A DNA stretch of 64,000 nt from Bacillota bacterium (lineage in GTDB: Bacteria; Bacillota; Clostridia; Christensenellales; UBA1242), in assembly GCA_009780065.1 (NCBI GenBank), contig WRAS01000001.1:273661-337660 (forward strand), given 5' to 3'. Numbering within the stretch: position 1 is the stretch's first letter; each line of letters opens with the position of its first letter. The notes below the pieces were generated by a model. It had not been told where the DNA came from. It searched no databases and saw only the letters and a program-made list of their open reading frames with translations. Both the position numbers and the translations under genes were made by a program. Positions 1 to 9,178 of the stretch are shown piece by piece.

Positions 1-125
1 TCTATAAATGTAACCGACTTGGTCGCGGTTATAGGGTTTGGGAGGTAGTATGGAAATAAACTTTGACAGAATTAAATTTGTAATGAATATACGAAAACGA
101 CTCTTAAATATAAGGAGACCTTGCC

Positions 126-998
126 ATGGAAAAATCACATGATGAACTAAAAAATAAATATGAAAAACACGCACGAATCTTGGCTGCGGGAATCTGTCCA
201 ATGTCTGGTATGGCAAATCGTTTTCTTTCACCGCAGGAACGAATTGACTTGGATATTCAATATGCAAGAATATTGCGTAAATTTACTGTGGGCGGTACCG
301 ATTTCATCGACGAAATAAACACACCAACGCCACTGACCCAAGACGAGGCACACATGATAGCAAAGCAGCAGTTGGAGGAATTGGTCAATACCAAAATAGC
401 CGAGATTAACGAAACCGCGGCAGAACGAACCAGACGTCTGAAAGAGCGTCTGGAGAATATTAACCAGCAATACTTTGATCGTGTTGAAAAAATTAACTCG
501 GACGCCCATCGCCGTGGATTGTCACAAAGTACTATTGTTTTGGTACAGCGCGAGAATGCATTGCAAGACAAAATACGAAAAGAGGAATCAATATACGCAC
601 AAATCGACCACACAGAGGAACGGAGATATTTGGTAACCGAGCGGCATAGAATTACTCTGTACACCCGTCTAGGCGCATTGGCAAAACGACTGCATGCGGA
701 ATCCGTTCGTTTGAACGTAATTGCAAGCCGGGAAAAATCGCACCAAAAATCTCGCTCTCTGCGCCATATGACACATTTACAACGTACACGTCTGGATATC
801 AGTTTAAATACCCAAGAAATCATTGACGAAGAACTGTATGCCGTGTACTTGCAATTTCTGTTTGCAAAAAATCCGCGGCATGCACGCGATCTTGTGGATA
901 ACGATCCGTTATTCTTTTTTAATTTGTCATCGACATACTTTATGCGTTTGTTAAACGCGGTCGAGGAACGTGCTGTAATGCATCGACCCGGCGAATAA
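126..998 (+). CDS. Hypothetical coiled-coil protein, possibly virion-associated
   Basis: 290-aa ORF with AAGGAG RBS; long charged helical stretch (…SDAHRRGLSQSTIV…); directly upstream of a holin-like gene. Confidence 0.6.
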   Translation: MEKSHDELKNKYEKHARILAAGICPMSGMANRFLSPQERIDLDIQYARILRKFTVGGTDFIDEINTPTPLTQDEAHMIAKQQLEELVNTKIAEINETAAERTRRLKERLENINQQYFDRVEKINSDAHRRGLSQSTIVLVQRENALQDKIRKEESIYAQIDHTEERRYLVTERHRITLYTRLGALAKRLHAESVRLNVIASREKSHQKSRSLRHMTHLQRTRLDISLNTQEIIDEELYAVYLQFLFAKNPRHARDLVDNDPLFFFNLSSTYFMRLLNAVEERAVMHRPGE

Positions 999-1020
999 TT
1001 AAAGGGAGGTAAAAAATATT

Positions 1021-1260
1021 ATGTGGGACAATATAATTTCACTTGCAATTAATAATGGTCTTTGGGCAACCCTGTTTGTGGGCCTTATGATTTATATTCT
1101 TCGCGATGGTGACAAGCGCGAAAAGAAATACCAAGAAACTATCGAAAAACTGGCAGACTCTTTACAAATTGTAAAGGACATCCAAGACACAACCAAAGGT
1201 CTCCAGGAAACCACAAAAGAACTGCAAAAAGATGTCAGTGAAATCAAGTTCAAGGTCTAA
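1021..1260 (+). CDS. BhlA/UviB-family holin-like peptide
   Basis: 79 aa with GGAGG RBS; single N-terminal TM 'NGLWATLFVGLMIYIL' then 'KREKKYQETIEKL', the BhlA/UviB pattern. Confidence 0.85.
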   Translation: MWDNIISLAINNGLWATLFVGLMIYILRDGDKREKKYQETIEKLADSLQIVKDIQDTTKGLQETTKELQKDVSEIKFKV

Positions 1261-1267
1261 GAAAAAG

Positions 1268-1300
1268 CGGAGTAGAGCGCTCCGATTCTCTTTTTTTTTT
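1268..1300 (+). terminator. Probable intrinsic terminator
   Basis: CGGAG-tagagcg-CTCCG hairpin followed by a T10 run, between convergent genes. Confidence 0.55.
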
Positions 1301-1305
1301 GCGTT

Positions 1306-2037
1306 TTATTGGCAGGCTTCTTGTGTATTGTTTTTCTTTATTACCTTCTTTGATTCTCTTCTCTCTCTTGTATTTATAACAGTAACTCGGTGTTGATCCA
1401 TTAATTCTTTCATGTTGTGTATTTTGTCTAAATCTGTACCAGCGTAAAATGCCTGATGCGCCCATACCGGGATTTCTTCTGGCGTGTATAGGCGACCTCT
1501 AAGGTCGGCACGCTGTGTATTGAATTTAAGAACCATCTGTTGCACTTCTGTCGGCAAGAATTTTTGTGGAAATGATATAAGTGTGCTAATAGGTTGTTTT
1601 ATTAAAAAGGAAATTTGTTCTAATCTCTCTTTGACTTCTTCGTGTTTTTCCACAAGTTCAGCCAAAGAAACTTTGAAGTCAGTAAATGTGGGAATTGTAA
1701 AATCGCGACCATCAAGTTGATAATCCTCGTCCCAAACGTCTGTAAGTTCATACCAATCATCTATCATATGCTGGAACCATTCTTCTTCAAAAAGTTTTCT
1801 GGTTTCTTCTGGGATCATGGATAAATTAAGACTCATAAGTTTTGTTCCAGCGGCATGCGCAGTCCGACCTATCTCGGCTTCTTTCTTTGCGTGTATAAAT
1901 GATCCAGTGTTGTGCATTTTTTCGTATTCTTGCATTGCGTTGACAAAACTTTTGATTTCCGGACACTTGTCAACCCGAGGTTTATTTGAAACCCCAGAAA
2001 CAAGGTATTTATAAGGGTCTTTTGGTAATCTTCCCAT
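1306..2037 (-). CDS. Hypothetical protein
   Basis: 243-aa ORF; TTGACA-17-TAAAAT promoter ends 6 nt before the ATG. Confidence 0.7.
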   Translation of the reverse strand: MGRLPKDPYKYLVSGVSNKPRVDKCPEIKSFVNAMQEYEKMHNTGSFIHAKKEAEIGRTAHAAGTKLMSLNLSMIPEETRKLFEEEWFQHMIDDWYELTDVWDEDYQLDGRDFTIPTFTDFKVSLAELVEKHEEVKERLEQISFLIKQPISTLISFPQKFLPTEVQQMVLKFNTQRADLRGRLYTPEEIPVWAHQAFYAGTDLDKIHNMKELMDQHRVTVINTRERRESKKVIKKNNTQEACQ

Positions 2038-2147
2038 GCTAATATTTTATAACACACTATTGTAAATGTCAATACTGGTTATAAAATTGGTAATTTACCC
2101 TTTCACTTGACCAATCATCATCTACATGTTATCTTGTGTGAATCTTT

Positions 2148-2192
2148 TCATGGTTTATGGCGGACTCTCCAAAGGATTGATGTACCATTTAC
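2148..2192 (+). promoter_or_regulatory. Possible S15 autoregulatory leader
   Basis: ATGGT…ACCAT stem enclosing GGCGGACTCTCCAA in the rpsO 5' region; position fits, structure only weakly supported. Confidence 0.3.
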
Positions 2193-2229
2193 TATGAATT
2201 GATAATAAAATTTAAGGAGAGAATAACAC

Positions 2230-2640
2230 ATGGAAGAAACCAACAAAGAAGCGTTTGAGGTGCCTCTAACAACAAAAGGGGCAGCAGCAAAGAAAGCAGC
2301 ACCTGCAAAGGAAGCAAAAAAGGCGCCAGTAAAAAAAGAGGCAACCAAAAAAGTTGCAAAGGTCGAGGCCAAAGACAACCTGTCACAAATGTCCACAGAG
2401 GACATCGTCCGTGAATTTGGGAAAAGTGAAAAAGACACAGGTTCGGCTTCTGTTCAAATTGCATTGCTTACCGCACGTATCAATCATCTTACCGAACATC
2501 TTCAGACACACAAGCAGGACAAGCACAGCCGTCGTGGTCTTATGAAATTGGTGGGGCAAAGAAAGGGTCTTTTGAATTATTTGGAAAAATCAAATTTGGA
2601 AGAATACCGTGAACTTAAAAATAAACTTGGAATCCGTTAA
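2230..2640 (+). CDS. rpsO: 30S ribosomal protein S15 with Ala/Lys-rich N-terminal extension
   Basis: [23 protein letters not shown]…[22 protein letters not shown]; upstream of pnp. Confidence 0.97.
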   Translation: MEETNKEAFEVPLTTKGAAAKKAAPAKEAKKAPVKKEATKKVAKVEAKDNLSQMSTEDIVREFGKSEKDTGSASVQIALLTARINHLTEHLQTHKQDKHSRRGLMKLVGQRKGLLNYLEKSNLEEYRELKNKLGIR

Positions 2641-2652
2641 TCATTAAATGGT

Positions 2653-2680
2653 ATAAGTCCCACATTTTGGTGGGACTTAT
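2653..2680 (+). terminator. Stem-loop between rpsO and pnp (terminator or processing site)
   Basis: ATAAGTCCCAC-attttg-GTGGGACTTAT perfect 11-bp stem. Confidence 0.65.
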
Positions 2681-2714
2681 TCAGTATATTTAACAGAAAA
2701 ATGAAGGAGAAAAA

Positions 2715-4802
2715 ATGACAGATTCATACAAAAAATTCGAGGCAGTTATCGGCGGACAACCGGTGCTGGTGGAAACTGGTGCACTTTGTGGACTTGCAAA
2801 TGGAAGTTGTACCGTAACATGTGGCGAAACAGTGGTCATGGCAAACGTAACGATGGCGGATAAACCGCGTGCGGACCAAGACTGGTTCCCATTGGGGGTC
2901 GAGTTCGAGGAAAAACTATACTCGGTTGGGAAAATCCCAGGCGGATTTAAAAAACGTGAAGGCCGTCCAGGTGACAGCGCAATTCTTACCAGTCGTCTTA
3001 TCGACCGTCCGATTCGTCCGTTGTTCCCAGACGGTATGTACAACGATGTTGCGGTTGTGGTTACAACATTGTCCATCGACCCAGAGGTATCACCCGAGCC
3101 GCTTGCAATGCTTGCAACGTCTATTGCATTGACCATCAGTGACATCCCATGGAATGGCCCAACCGGTTCATGCGTGGTGGGTCGCGTTGATGGTAAATTT
3201 GTGCTAAACCCAAGAACTAGTCAACAGGAAAAATCCGATATGCACGTGGTCGTCAGTGGTACCGCCGACGCGGTATTAATGGTCGAGGCAGCAGCAGACG
3301 AGGTCACAGAACAAGATATGCTGGCGGCAATTATGTTTGCGCACGAAAATATCAAGTACCAGGTAGAATTCCAAAAAACAATCGCCAAACGTATCGGCAA
3401 AGAAAAGCGTGAAGTAAATATCTACAAGGTTGACGAAGACCTTGAAACCAAGATCAAAAGTTATGCTACCAGTTTTATTGAAAAAGCATTGGGTGAAACC
3501 GATTTGGAAAAACGTCGTGCGGCTGAAGCCCGTGTAGACGAAATGGTGGCAGACCAATTCGCAGAAATCTATGACGACAGCAAACGTGATATTGAAACAA
3601 TCCTAACCGATATTAAACAAGAAATCATCCGTAAGAAAATCATCGAAAAAGGTCTACGTCCAGATGGTCGTGGATTAAAAGACATTCGTCAAATTTGGTG
3701 TAAAACCGGAATGTTGCCACGTGTTCACGGCAGTTCAATCTTTACACGTGGAAATACCCAGGTTCTTAATATCTGTACACTTGGTATGATCTCAGACGCA
3801 CAGCGTTTAGAAGGCATCGACGACGAAGAACAAAAACGTTACATGCACCACTACAACATGCCGCCATATGCAACGGGCGAGGCCAAAAATATGCGTGCAA
3901 CAGGCAGACGCGAAATCGGTCATGGTGCACTTGCAGAACGCGCATTGGAACCTGTGTTGCCATCCGAGGAAGAATTCCCATACGCAATTCGTACTGTCAG
4001 TGAAGTGTTGTCAAGTAACGGTTCCAGTTCCATGGCAAGTGTGTGCGCAAGTTCTATGACACTGATGAACGCGGGCGTACCAATCAAGGCTGCGGTTGCA
4101 GGTATTGCAATGGGTCTTGTAAAAGAGGATAAAAAGGTAGCGGTTCTAAGCGATATCCAAGGGGTTGAAGATTTCCTTGGCGACATGGATTTCAAGGTCG
4201 CAGGTACCACAAAAGGTATCACCGCAATCCAAATGGATATGAAAATTGCAGGGATAGACGAGGCTACATTGAAAACCGCACTTAACCAAGCAAAAGAGGG
4301 GCGTGCACATATCCTTAAGGCAATGAACCAAGAAATCGAAAAACCAGAAAGTAAACTTTCAAAATACGCACCAAAAATCTTCAGCATGCAAATCAATCCG
4401 GATAAAATCCGCGAAGTCATAGGAAGTGGCGGGAAAGTGATAAACAAAATTATCGACGAAACTGGTGTCAAGATTGATATTGATGACGACGGAAAAGTTC
4501 TTATCGGCGGAATGGATCAATCAAAAATTGACCGTGCCAAAGAAATAATTCAAGGCATCGTATTTGAACCGGAAATTGGTAAACAATACTCTGGCAAGGT
4601 CGTACGCGCAATCGAAATTGGCGCATTCGTTTCGTTCATGGGTAAAGAAGGTATGATTCACATATCCAAACTTATCCCTGGTAAACGTGTGGAAAAAGTT
4701 GCGGACGTGGTAAAGGTCGGCGACAGTGTCGAGGTAAAGGTAATCAAAGTTGACGAGAAAGGAAGAATAGACCTTGCTCGCGTTGTCGAGAATCAAGCGT
4801 AA
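2715..4802 (+). CDS. pnp: Polyribonucleotide nucleotidyltransferase
   Basis: Two RNase PH domains (RLIDRPIRPLF, RREIGHG, GDMDFKVAGT) plus KH and S1 domains. Confidence 0.99.
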   Translation: MTDSYKKFEAVIGGQPVLVETGALCGLANGSCTVTCGETVVMANVTMADKPRADQDWFPLGVEFEEKLYSVGKIPGGFKKREGRPGDSAILTSRLIDRPIRPLFPDGMYNDVAVVVTTLSIDPEVSPEPLAMLATSIALTISDIPWNGPTGSCVVGRVDGKFVLNPRTSQQEKSDMHVVVSGTADAVLMVEAAADEVTEQDMLAAIMFAHENIKYQVEFQKTIAKRIGKEKREVNIYKVDEDLETKIKSYATSFIEKALGETDLEKRRAAEARVDEMVADQFAEIYDDSKRDIETILTDIKQEIIRKKIIEKGLRPDGRGLKDIRQIWCKTGMLPRVHGSSIFTRGNTQVLNICTLGMISDAQRLEGIDDEEQKRYMHHYNMPPYATGEAKNMRATGRREIGHGALAERALEPVLPSEEEFPYAIRTVSEVLSSNGSSSMASVCASSMTLMNAGVPIKAAVAGIAMGLVKEDKKVAVLSDIQGVEDFLGDMDFKVAGTTKGITAIQMDMKIAGIDEATLKTALNQAKEGRAHILKAMNQEIEKPESKLSKYAPKIFSMQINPDKIREVIGSGGKVINKIIDETGVKIDIDDDGKVLIGGMDQSKIDRAKEIIQGIVFEPEIGKQYSGKVVRAIEIGAFVSFMGKEGMIHISKLIPGKRVEKVADVVKVGDSVEVKVIKVDEKGRIDLARVVENQA

Positions 4803-4824
4803 ATATTAAAAATATTCAAAATGA

Positions 4825-4852
4825 AAAAACACCATCATGCAATGGTGTTTTT
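4825..4852 (+). terminator. Intrinsic terminator after pnp
   Basis: AAAAACACCAT-catgca-ATGGTGTTTTT. Confidence 0.8.
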
Positions 4853-4946
4853 CCAAGTCTGTCGAGAGAAAAATAATCCCGACATGATGGTTTTCTTAGC
4901 ACGAATCATGTGGCTGAGTTTTTAGAAAAGCAAGATAACAAAAAAA

Positions 4947-5081
4947 TTACTTGCTGCTTCTTGCACAACCACGTGCACCTTCGGTTCTGGCTTGCGTTTG
5001 TCTTGATGACGCACCAGTAGCCGACTTTGTCGATTCAACTTTTTGTGTTGCACGACCTCTTGCACTTTTTTTTCTTAGCAT
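4947..5081 (-). CDS. Small basic peptide (44 aa), not in the ORF track
   Basis: AAAGGAGGTGGACTT-ATG; MLRKKSARGRATQKVESTKSATGASSRQTQARTEGARGCARSSK*. Confidence 0.7.
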   Translation of the reverse strand: MLRKKSARGRATQKVESTKSATGASSRQTQARTEGARGCARSSK

Positions 5082-5212
5082 AAGTCCACCTCCTTTGCCC
5101 GACCAGAATTCCAAATTCTTGTGACCCAGACGGGCAAAAGAATATGGTGTATGATAAGCCGAACAGTACTATGTTGTGCGCATTTTGTCGAATTATGTAA
5201 TTTATAAAAAGT

Positions 5213-5542
5213 TTAATAATTTACAGCGGGGAGCCTTTCTTTTTCATTATTATATCGCTTGATGCAATCCCGGATTTTTTCGCTTAGATTAAAAATATAG
5301 CGCTCTTTATCCTTGTTGGATATTGTACTCAAATATTCTTTGTCAATCATATGTGACAATGGGTTAATAACCCCAACCACCAATAATGATTTTACACGCG
5401 CATAAAACTCCTCGTCCTCGCGACTAAGCCTATGTTTGATCGCCATAATTTCTTCGTTTGTACCTGTTTTCCAAAACCCGCTTGCCAGTCTTTGTTTTGC
5501 CAAATTGGCACTTGTTCTAAGAACCCCGCGTTCACGTTTCAT
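5213..5542 (-). CDS. Hypothetical protein
   Basis: 109 aa with GGAGGTG RBS. Confidence 0.75.
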   Translation of the reverse strand: MKRERGVLRTSANLAKQRLASGFWKTGTNEEIMAIKHRLSREDEEFYARVKSLLVVGVINPLSHMIDKEYLSTISNKDKERYIFNLSEKIRDCIKRYNNEKERLPAVNY

Positions 5543-5668
5543 ATAAAAAACACCTCCGTTTGGATTTATGCCATCGAAAGTGTTTCTGTAAATGTATTTC
5601 TTTGTAACTTGAATAAAGTAACATGAAAGGGAAGTTCAAGTCAACTTTTTTAGTCTATCATTTTCTAA

Positions 5669-6124
5669 TTAGTCCGGATTTCCTTCGGTCATTGTTTCAA
5701 AGACTTTTTGCAGAAATTTTGACATCTCGTTTTCGATATTCCATGTCAGGGCGGCTTGCATTGTTGAAAACCTGCGTCCTTGGGGATTTTTGTTTCGCAT
5801 GGATAAAAATTCACACATTTCGTCAAGTTCCATAAAAAAATCCTCGTTAGGGGTGATGCGCGATTCCTCGAACTCGCGCGCCCATTTTAAAATGGTGACA
5901 TGGCTGTAACCCAAAAGTTGTCCAATCTTGCGACTGGATAATCCAAAACAAGCAAGGGTCAGTGCAACCCTTTTTTCTCTTTTGAAAAAGTCTTGATCGG
6001 TTTGGTCAGAAGTAAATTGGCGTCCACACGATTTGCAAAGAAAACATTGCTTGCCGCGACGTTTTCCATGTTTGGTTATATATGAATTTCCGCAATTAAT
6101 ACAATTCACACACCAATATAACAT
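5669..6124 (-). mobile_element. IS1-family InsA-like protein (Zn ribbon + HTH), no intact DDE domain
   Basis: CxxC…KHGKRRGKQCFLCKSCGRQF, HTH 'LSSRKIGQLLGYSHVTILKW', then 'MELDEM'; alternative frames downstream are closed. Confidence 0.75.
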
Positions 6125-6197
6125 AAACCATTACAAAATAACCACTTACCATTACATTGTTACCATTAATTATTTTTTTGCCCAGTATAATTGGGGT

Positions 6198-7145
6198 ATG
6201 TCAACATGGTTTATAATTGCCCAGATATTTGGGATCATCACAATCGGCTTTGAATTTGCATCATATCAAATCAAAGACAAGCAAAAGTATTTATTGGTAA
6301 ACGGTATTGGAAGTGCGCTTTGGGCCGTTATGTTCGTGGCAATTGGAATGGCAACCAGTATGTCCACACAAGTTTCGCTGATCATAGTGGCAGTTTACAG
6401 TTCCACACGTGCACTTGTTTTCTTTTGGATTTTCAGAAAGGATTCAAAACGCCGACGAATGGCGGGGAAGATATTTCTTGGGTTTATGATTTTGGTCGCA
6501 CTAAGCGCGGGAATCTATGTGATAGTCGGATTACCAACGCGTGAGGTTCAAATTTTGCAATCCGTGGCATTAGTCTTTGCACTTGGATTCGTTATTGGTC
6601 AATATATGCCGGGTAAGCACCCAGTCCGAATAACCGTATTCTTTTATGCCATTTTGTTGTTATTGACCCAAACACCGTTAAATATCTTGTATGCCGAACC
6701 ACCACTTAATTTTAGATGGAATCCAATGGGAATGTTAATAGAACTTGCAAAGATGTCGTCTGTACTTGTGTTTTATTTCATGTTCTTTAATAAGAAATTG
6801 ATTGCAAAACGACTTGTAAAACTGAAGGCAATTATTAACTGCGAGATGAACAAAATCACATCGGATACGGAAATTTCCGTTCTTGCGGATGCTGGCGTTA
6901 TGAAGTTGGGTGACCTTGAAAAACTTGTCGCAAAGATGATTCGAATGGAAATCAAGGCAATAGACACCAGCGAAATTACAAATGTCACATCAACAGAATC
7001 AAATACACAGGCCGTTCTTGCCGACCTTAAAACCGTTCATGATTTGAAAATGATTTTGGAAAAGGTTATTCGCCTTAAAATGCAAAAGTTGGATAAACCA
7101 AAAATGGCAAGCCTTGCACAAGATGCAATTTTGGCGAAAAGTTAA
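6198..7145 (+). CDS. YgjV-like multi-pass membrane protein with soluble C-terminal domain
   Basis: 'IAQIFGII…ASYQIKDKQKYLLVNGIGSALW' opening and several TM segments; ATG 6198 follows TATAAT. Confidence 0.65.
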   Translation: MSTWFIIAQIFGIITIGFEFASYQIKDKQKYLLVNGIGSALWAVMFVAIGMATSMSTQVSLIIVAVYSSTRALVFFWIFRKDSKRRRMAGKIFLGFMILVALSAGIYVIVGLPTREVQILQSVALVFALGFVIGQYMPGKHPVRITVFFYAILLLLTQTPLNILYAEPPLNFRWNPMGMLIELAKMSSVLVFYFMFFNKKLIAKRLVKLKAIINCEMNKITSDTEISVLADAGVMKLGDLEKLVAKMIRMEIKAIDTSEITNVTSTESNTQAVLADLKTVHDLKMILEKVIRLKMQKLDKPKMASLAQDAILAKS

Positions 7146-7156
7146 AGGAGAATGAA

Positions 7157-8008
7157 ATGTCAAAGATTACTATTGGGGTCGACAATACTTGTGACCTAAG
7201 GGAAGAGGATTATAAAAAATACAACCTAGAGGTTATCTATTTCGGGGTTACTATCGGTGGCGAACTTTATCGCGATACCGAGGTCAAGTCAGAGGATATA
7301 TACAGGGCTGTTGAAAAGGACGGTTTGTTACCAAAAACAAATGCTGCACTTGAAAGTGATTACCGTGATTTGTTCGAGAGTGCAACAAAAGATGGCGGCA
7401 GCATCATTCATTTCAGCATGTCGGACAAATTGTCTGTGAGCCACCAAAATGCTTTGCGTGCAGCAAAAGGTCTTGACCGTGTTCATGTAATAGACACAAG
7501 AAGTATCTCGATTGGGACTGGGATTATTGCAATGCGTGCAAGTAATATGGTCAAAGAAGGCAAGACTGTGGATGAAATACTTTGTGCCGTCAAACAAATG
7601 ATGGAAGACACTGACATAAGTTTCATTATCAAAGATCTAAACTATTTATATCGAGGCGGTCGTGCAAGTGGATTGAAGTTGTTTGGAGCAAACCTTTTAA
7701 AAATTAGACCGTCTTTGTTAATTAATAAAGAGGGTAAGATAGTACCTGATAAGAAATTCAAAGGCGGATTCGAAAATTCTGTCAAAGAATGGTCGGATGC
7801 CAGAATGAAAAAGGCACAAACCGCGGATAAAGACGTTGCCGCAATCGTTCAAAGTGATATTGACGAGGCAATTGTACAAGATGTTATCAAATCATTAAAA
7901 GAGGCAGGTTTCAAAGAAATCCTGCGATACACCACGGGGCCAACACTTACAACGCATGTTGGACGTAATTTAATTGGTACATTTTTCTTTCGAGGGGGTG
8001 ATTTGTAA
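7157..8008 (+). CDS. degV: DegV family fatty-acid-binding protein
   Basis: DNTCDL, PKTNA, MSDKLSVS, VIDTRSISIG, YLYRGGR, TTHVG motifs. Confidence 0.9.
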   Translation: MSKITIGVDNTCDLREEDYKKYNLEVIYFGVTIGGELYRDTEVKSEDIYRAVEKDGLLPKTNAALESDYRDLFESATKDGGSIIHFSMSDKLSVSHQNALRAAKGLDRVHVIDTRSISIGTGIIAMRASNMVKEGKTVDEILCAVKQMMEDTDISFIIKDLNYLYRGGRASGLKLFGANLLKIRPSLLINKEGKIVPDKKFKGGFENSVKEWSDARMKKAQTADKDVAAIVQSDIDEAIVQDVIKSLKEAGFKEILRYTTGPTLTTHVGRNLIGTFFFRGGDL

Positions 8009-8069
8009 TTTTGTAAATTAATTATTGGTTGTGGCTTGAATTAAAAAAAATAAAGGAGAAAAACTATAA

Positions 8070-8876
8070 ATGGAATTTATTAAAAATAATTGGATGAAAA
8101 TTTTTATGGCGACAATGACGCTTGCGGGTGCGGTGCTTTTTGTTGTTTTGCTGACGATGTATGATGCGTCGTATCACAACGAATTGGCAAGTCCATTGTT
8201 GCCAGAGGCGATTGCAGATCCAAGCAACGCAACAAGTTTTCTGTTCGGACATATTGCTGGACTAACATTCTTTGCATTGATCACAATTGTTATTGTTGTT
8301 TCAATGTTCGAAAAGACAAAACTTTATAAAAAATTCGTGCTTTGTGCTGTAGGTATAATTTGCACAGCATTGATGACAGTTTCCATCATCAACGCAATTG
8401 GCAGCGAGCAGTCAAAATTCGCCCGCGAGGTCATGAACGGTGAACACGACGCAGCAATAACCACAGCCGTCGAAATCCAAGCCGCCCCTATGGTACGCGA
8501 AGGTGTACGCGCGGTTGTCCGTGCGAATTTCTTGGCCGAAAATGGTCCGATCTATAACATTAACCCAGCCCTGATAGACCTTCTGTCGGAAGAGGCAATT
8601 GGTGATTGGGTCGCGACACTAGTGGATCAAGGTATCCCAGAAGCACAGGCACAAGGATTAATGGTTGCCTTTAATGGTGCGGTTGATACCGCATTCCCAG
8701 ATGCCCTTGCAGATGCAGTTGCAGAGAACGCGCCCGCACAGATTAGCGAAGCACAAGACGCCGCACGTTACCAATTCTTTTCACGGGTTGTTACATTGGT
8801 GACCCAGTTAATGATCTTTGGACTTTTGCCACTTGCATGGGGCATAAGAAAAATCACCAACAGGAACGAGAATTAA
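8070..8876 (+). CDS. Hypothetical membrane protein with large Ala-rich loop
   Basis: AAGGAG RBS; about four hydrophobic segments. Confidence 0.75.
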   Translation: MEFIKNNWMKIFMATMTLAGAVLFVVLLTMYDASYHNELASPLLPEAIADPSNATSFLFGHIAGLTFFALITIVIVVSMFEKTKLYKKFVLCAVGIICTALMTVSIINAIGSEQSKFAREVMNGEHDAAITTAVEIQAAPMVREGVRAVVRANFLAENGPIYNINPALIDLLSEEAIGDWVATLVDQGIPEAQAQGLMVAFNGAVDTAFPDALADAVAENAPAQISEAQDAARYQFFSRVVTLVTQLMIFGLLPLAWGIRKITNRNEN

Positions 8877-8906
8877 ACTTCAAACATTAATCATCATAAA
8901 ATTAAC

Positions 8907-8934
8907 AAAACCCAGTTTAAATTAACTGGGTTTT
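8907..8934 (+). terminator. Intrinsic terminator
   Basis: AAAACCCAGTT-taaatt-AACTGGGTTTT. Confidence 0.75.
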
Positions 8935-8957
8935 GTATTTGAACAAGCATTTACATA

Positions 8958-8990
8958 ACAAAATTTTCATTCTTTACATATCATGAATTA
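8958..8990 (+). promoter_or_regulatory. SigmaK-like sporulation promoter
   Basis: AC-N17-CATATCAT; CATAnCATGAATTA recurs at 58615-58628. Confidence 0.55.
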
Positions 8991-9160
8991 TGTTTATCAC
9001 TTATGAAAAACTAATACCGATATTAAATCAATCGTGTTTAATCATAGATGCTTGTGGCGAAAGTGCTTGTATTCCAAGTAATACTGTTTGCGTTTGTTAC
9101 ATATCAAAGCGACGTGTAAGTTTTTGTGACCTACTCCGTTATTTGGTATGCAGAAATTAA
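8990..9160 (+). CDS. Small Cys-rich protein (56 aa), not in the ORF track
   Basis: MFITYEKLIPILNQSCLIIDACGESACIPSNTVCVCYISKRRVSFCDLLRYLVCRN*; shares NQS…SNxVxV with the 9179 and 59775 proteins. Confidence 0.65.
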   Translation: MFITYEKLIPILNQSCLIIDACGESACIPSNTVCVCYISKRRVSFCDLLRYLVCRN

Positions 9161-9178
9161 AAAAAGGAGAACAACATT

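Noticed and set aside
49-141. 30-codon ORF MEINFDRIK… at the window start
   Set aside because: Has a GGAGG upstream but is too short and context is truncated, so it cannot be supported
2690-4796. Antisense ORFs within pnp, and similar ones in gdhA, ppc, spoIIIA and the surface genes
   Set aside because: Shadow frames of well-supported genes
6033-6197. Long N-terminal extensions in the ORF track (6033, 10436, 12975, 29064, 38087, 60990)
   Set aside because: Promoter elements or RBS positions indicate downstream ATGs
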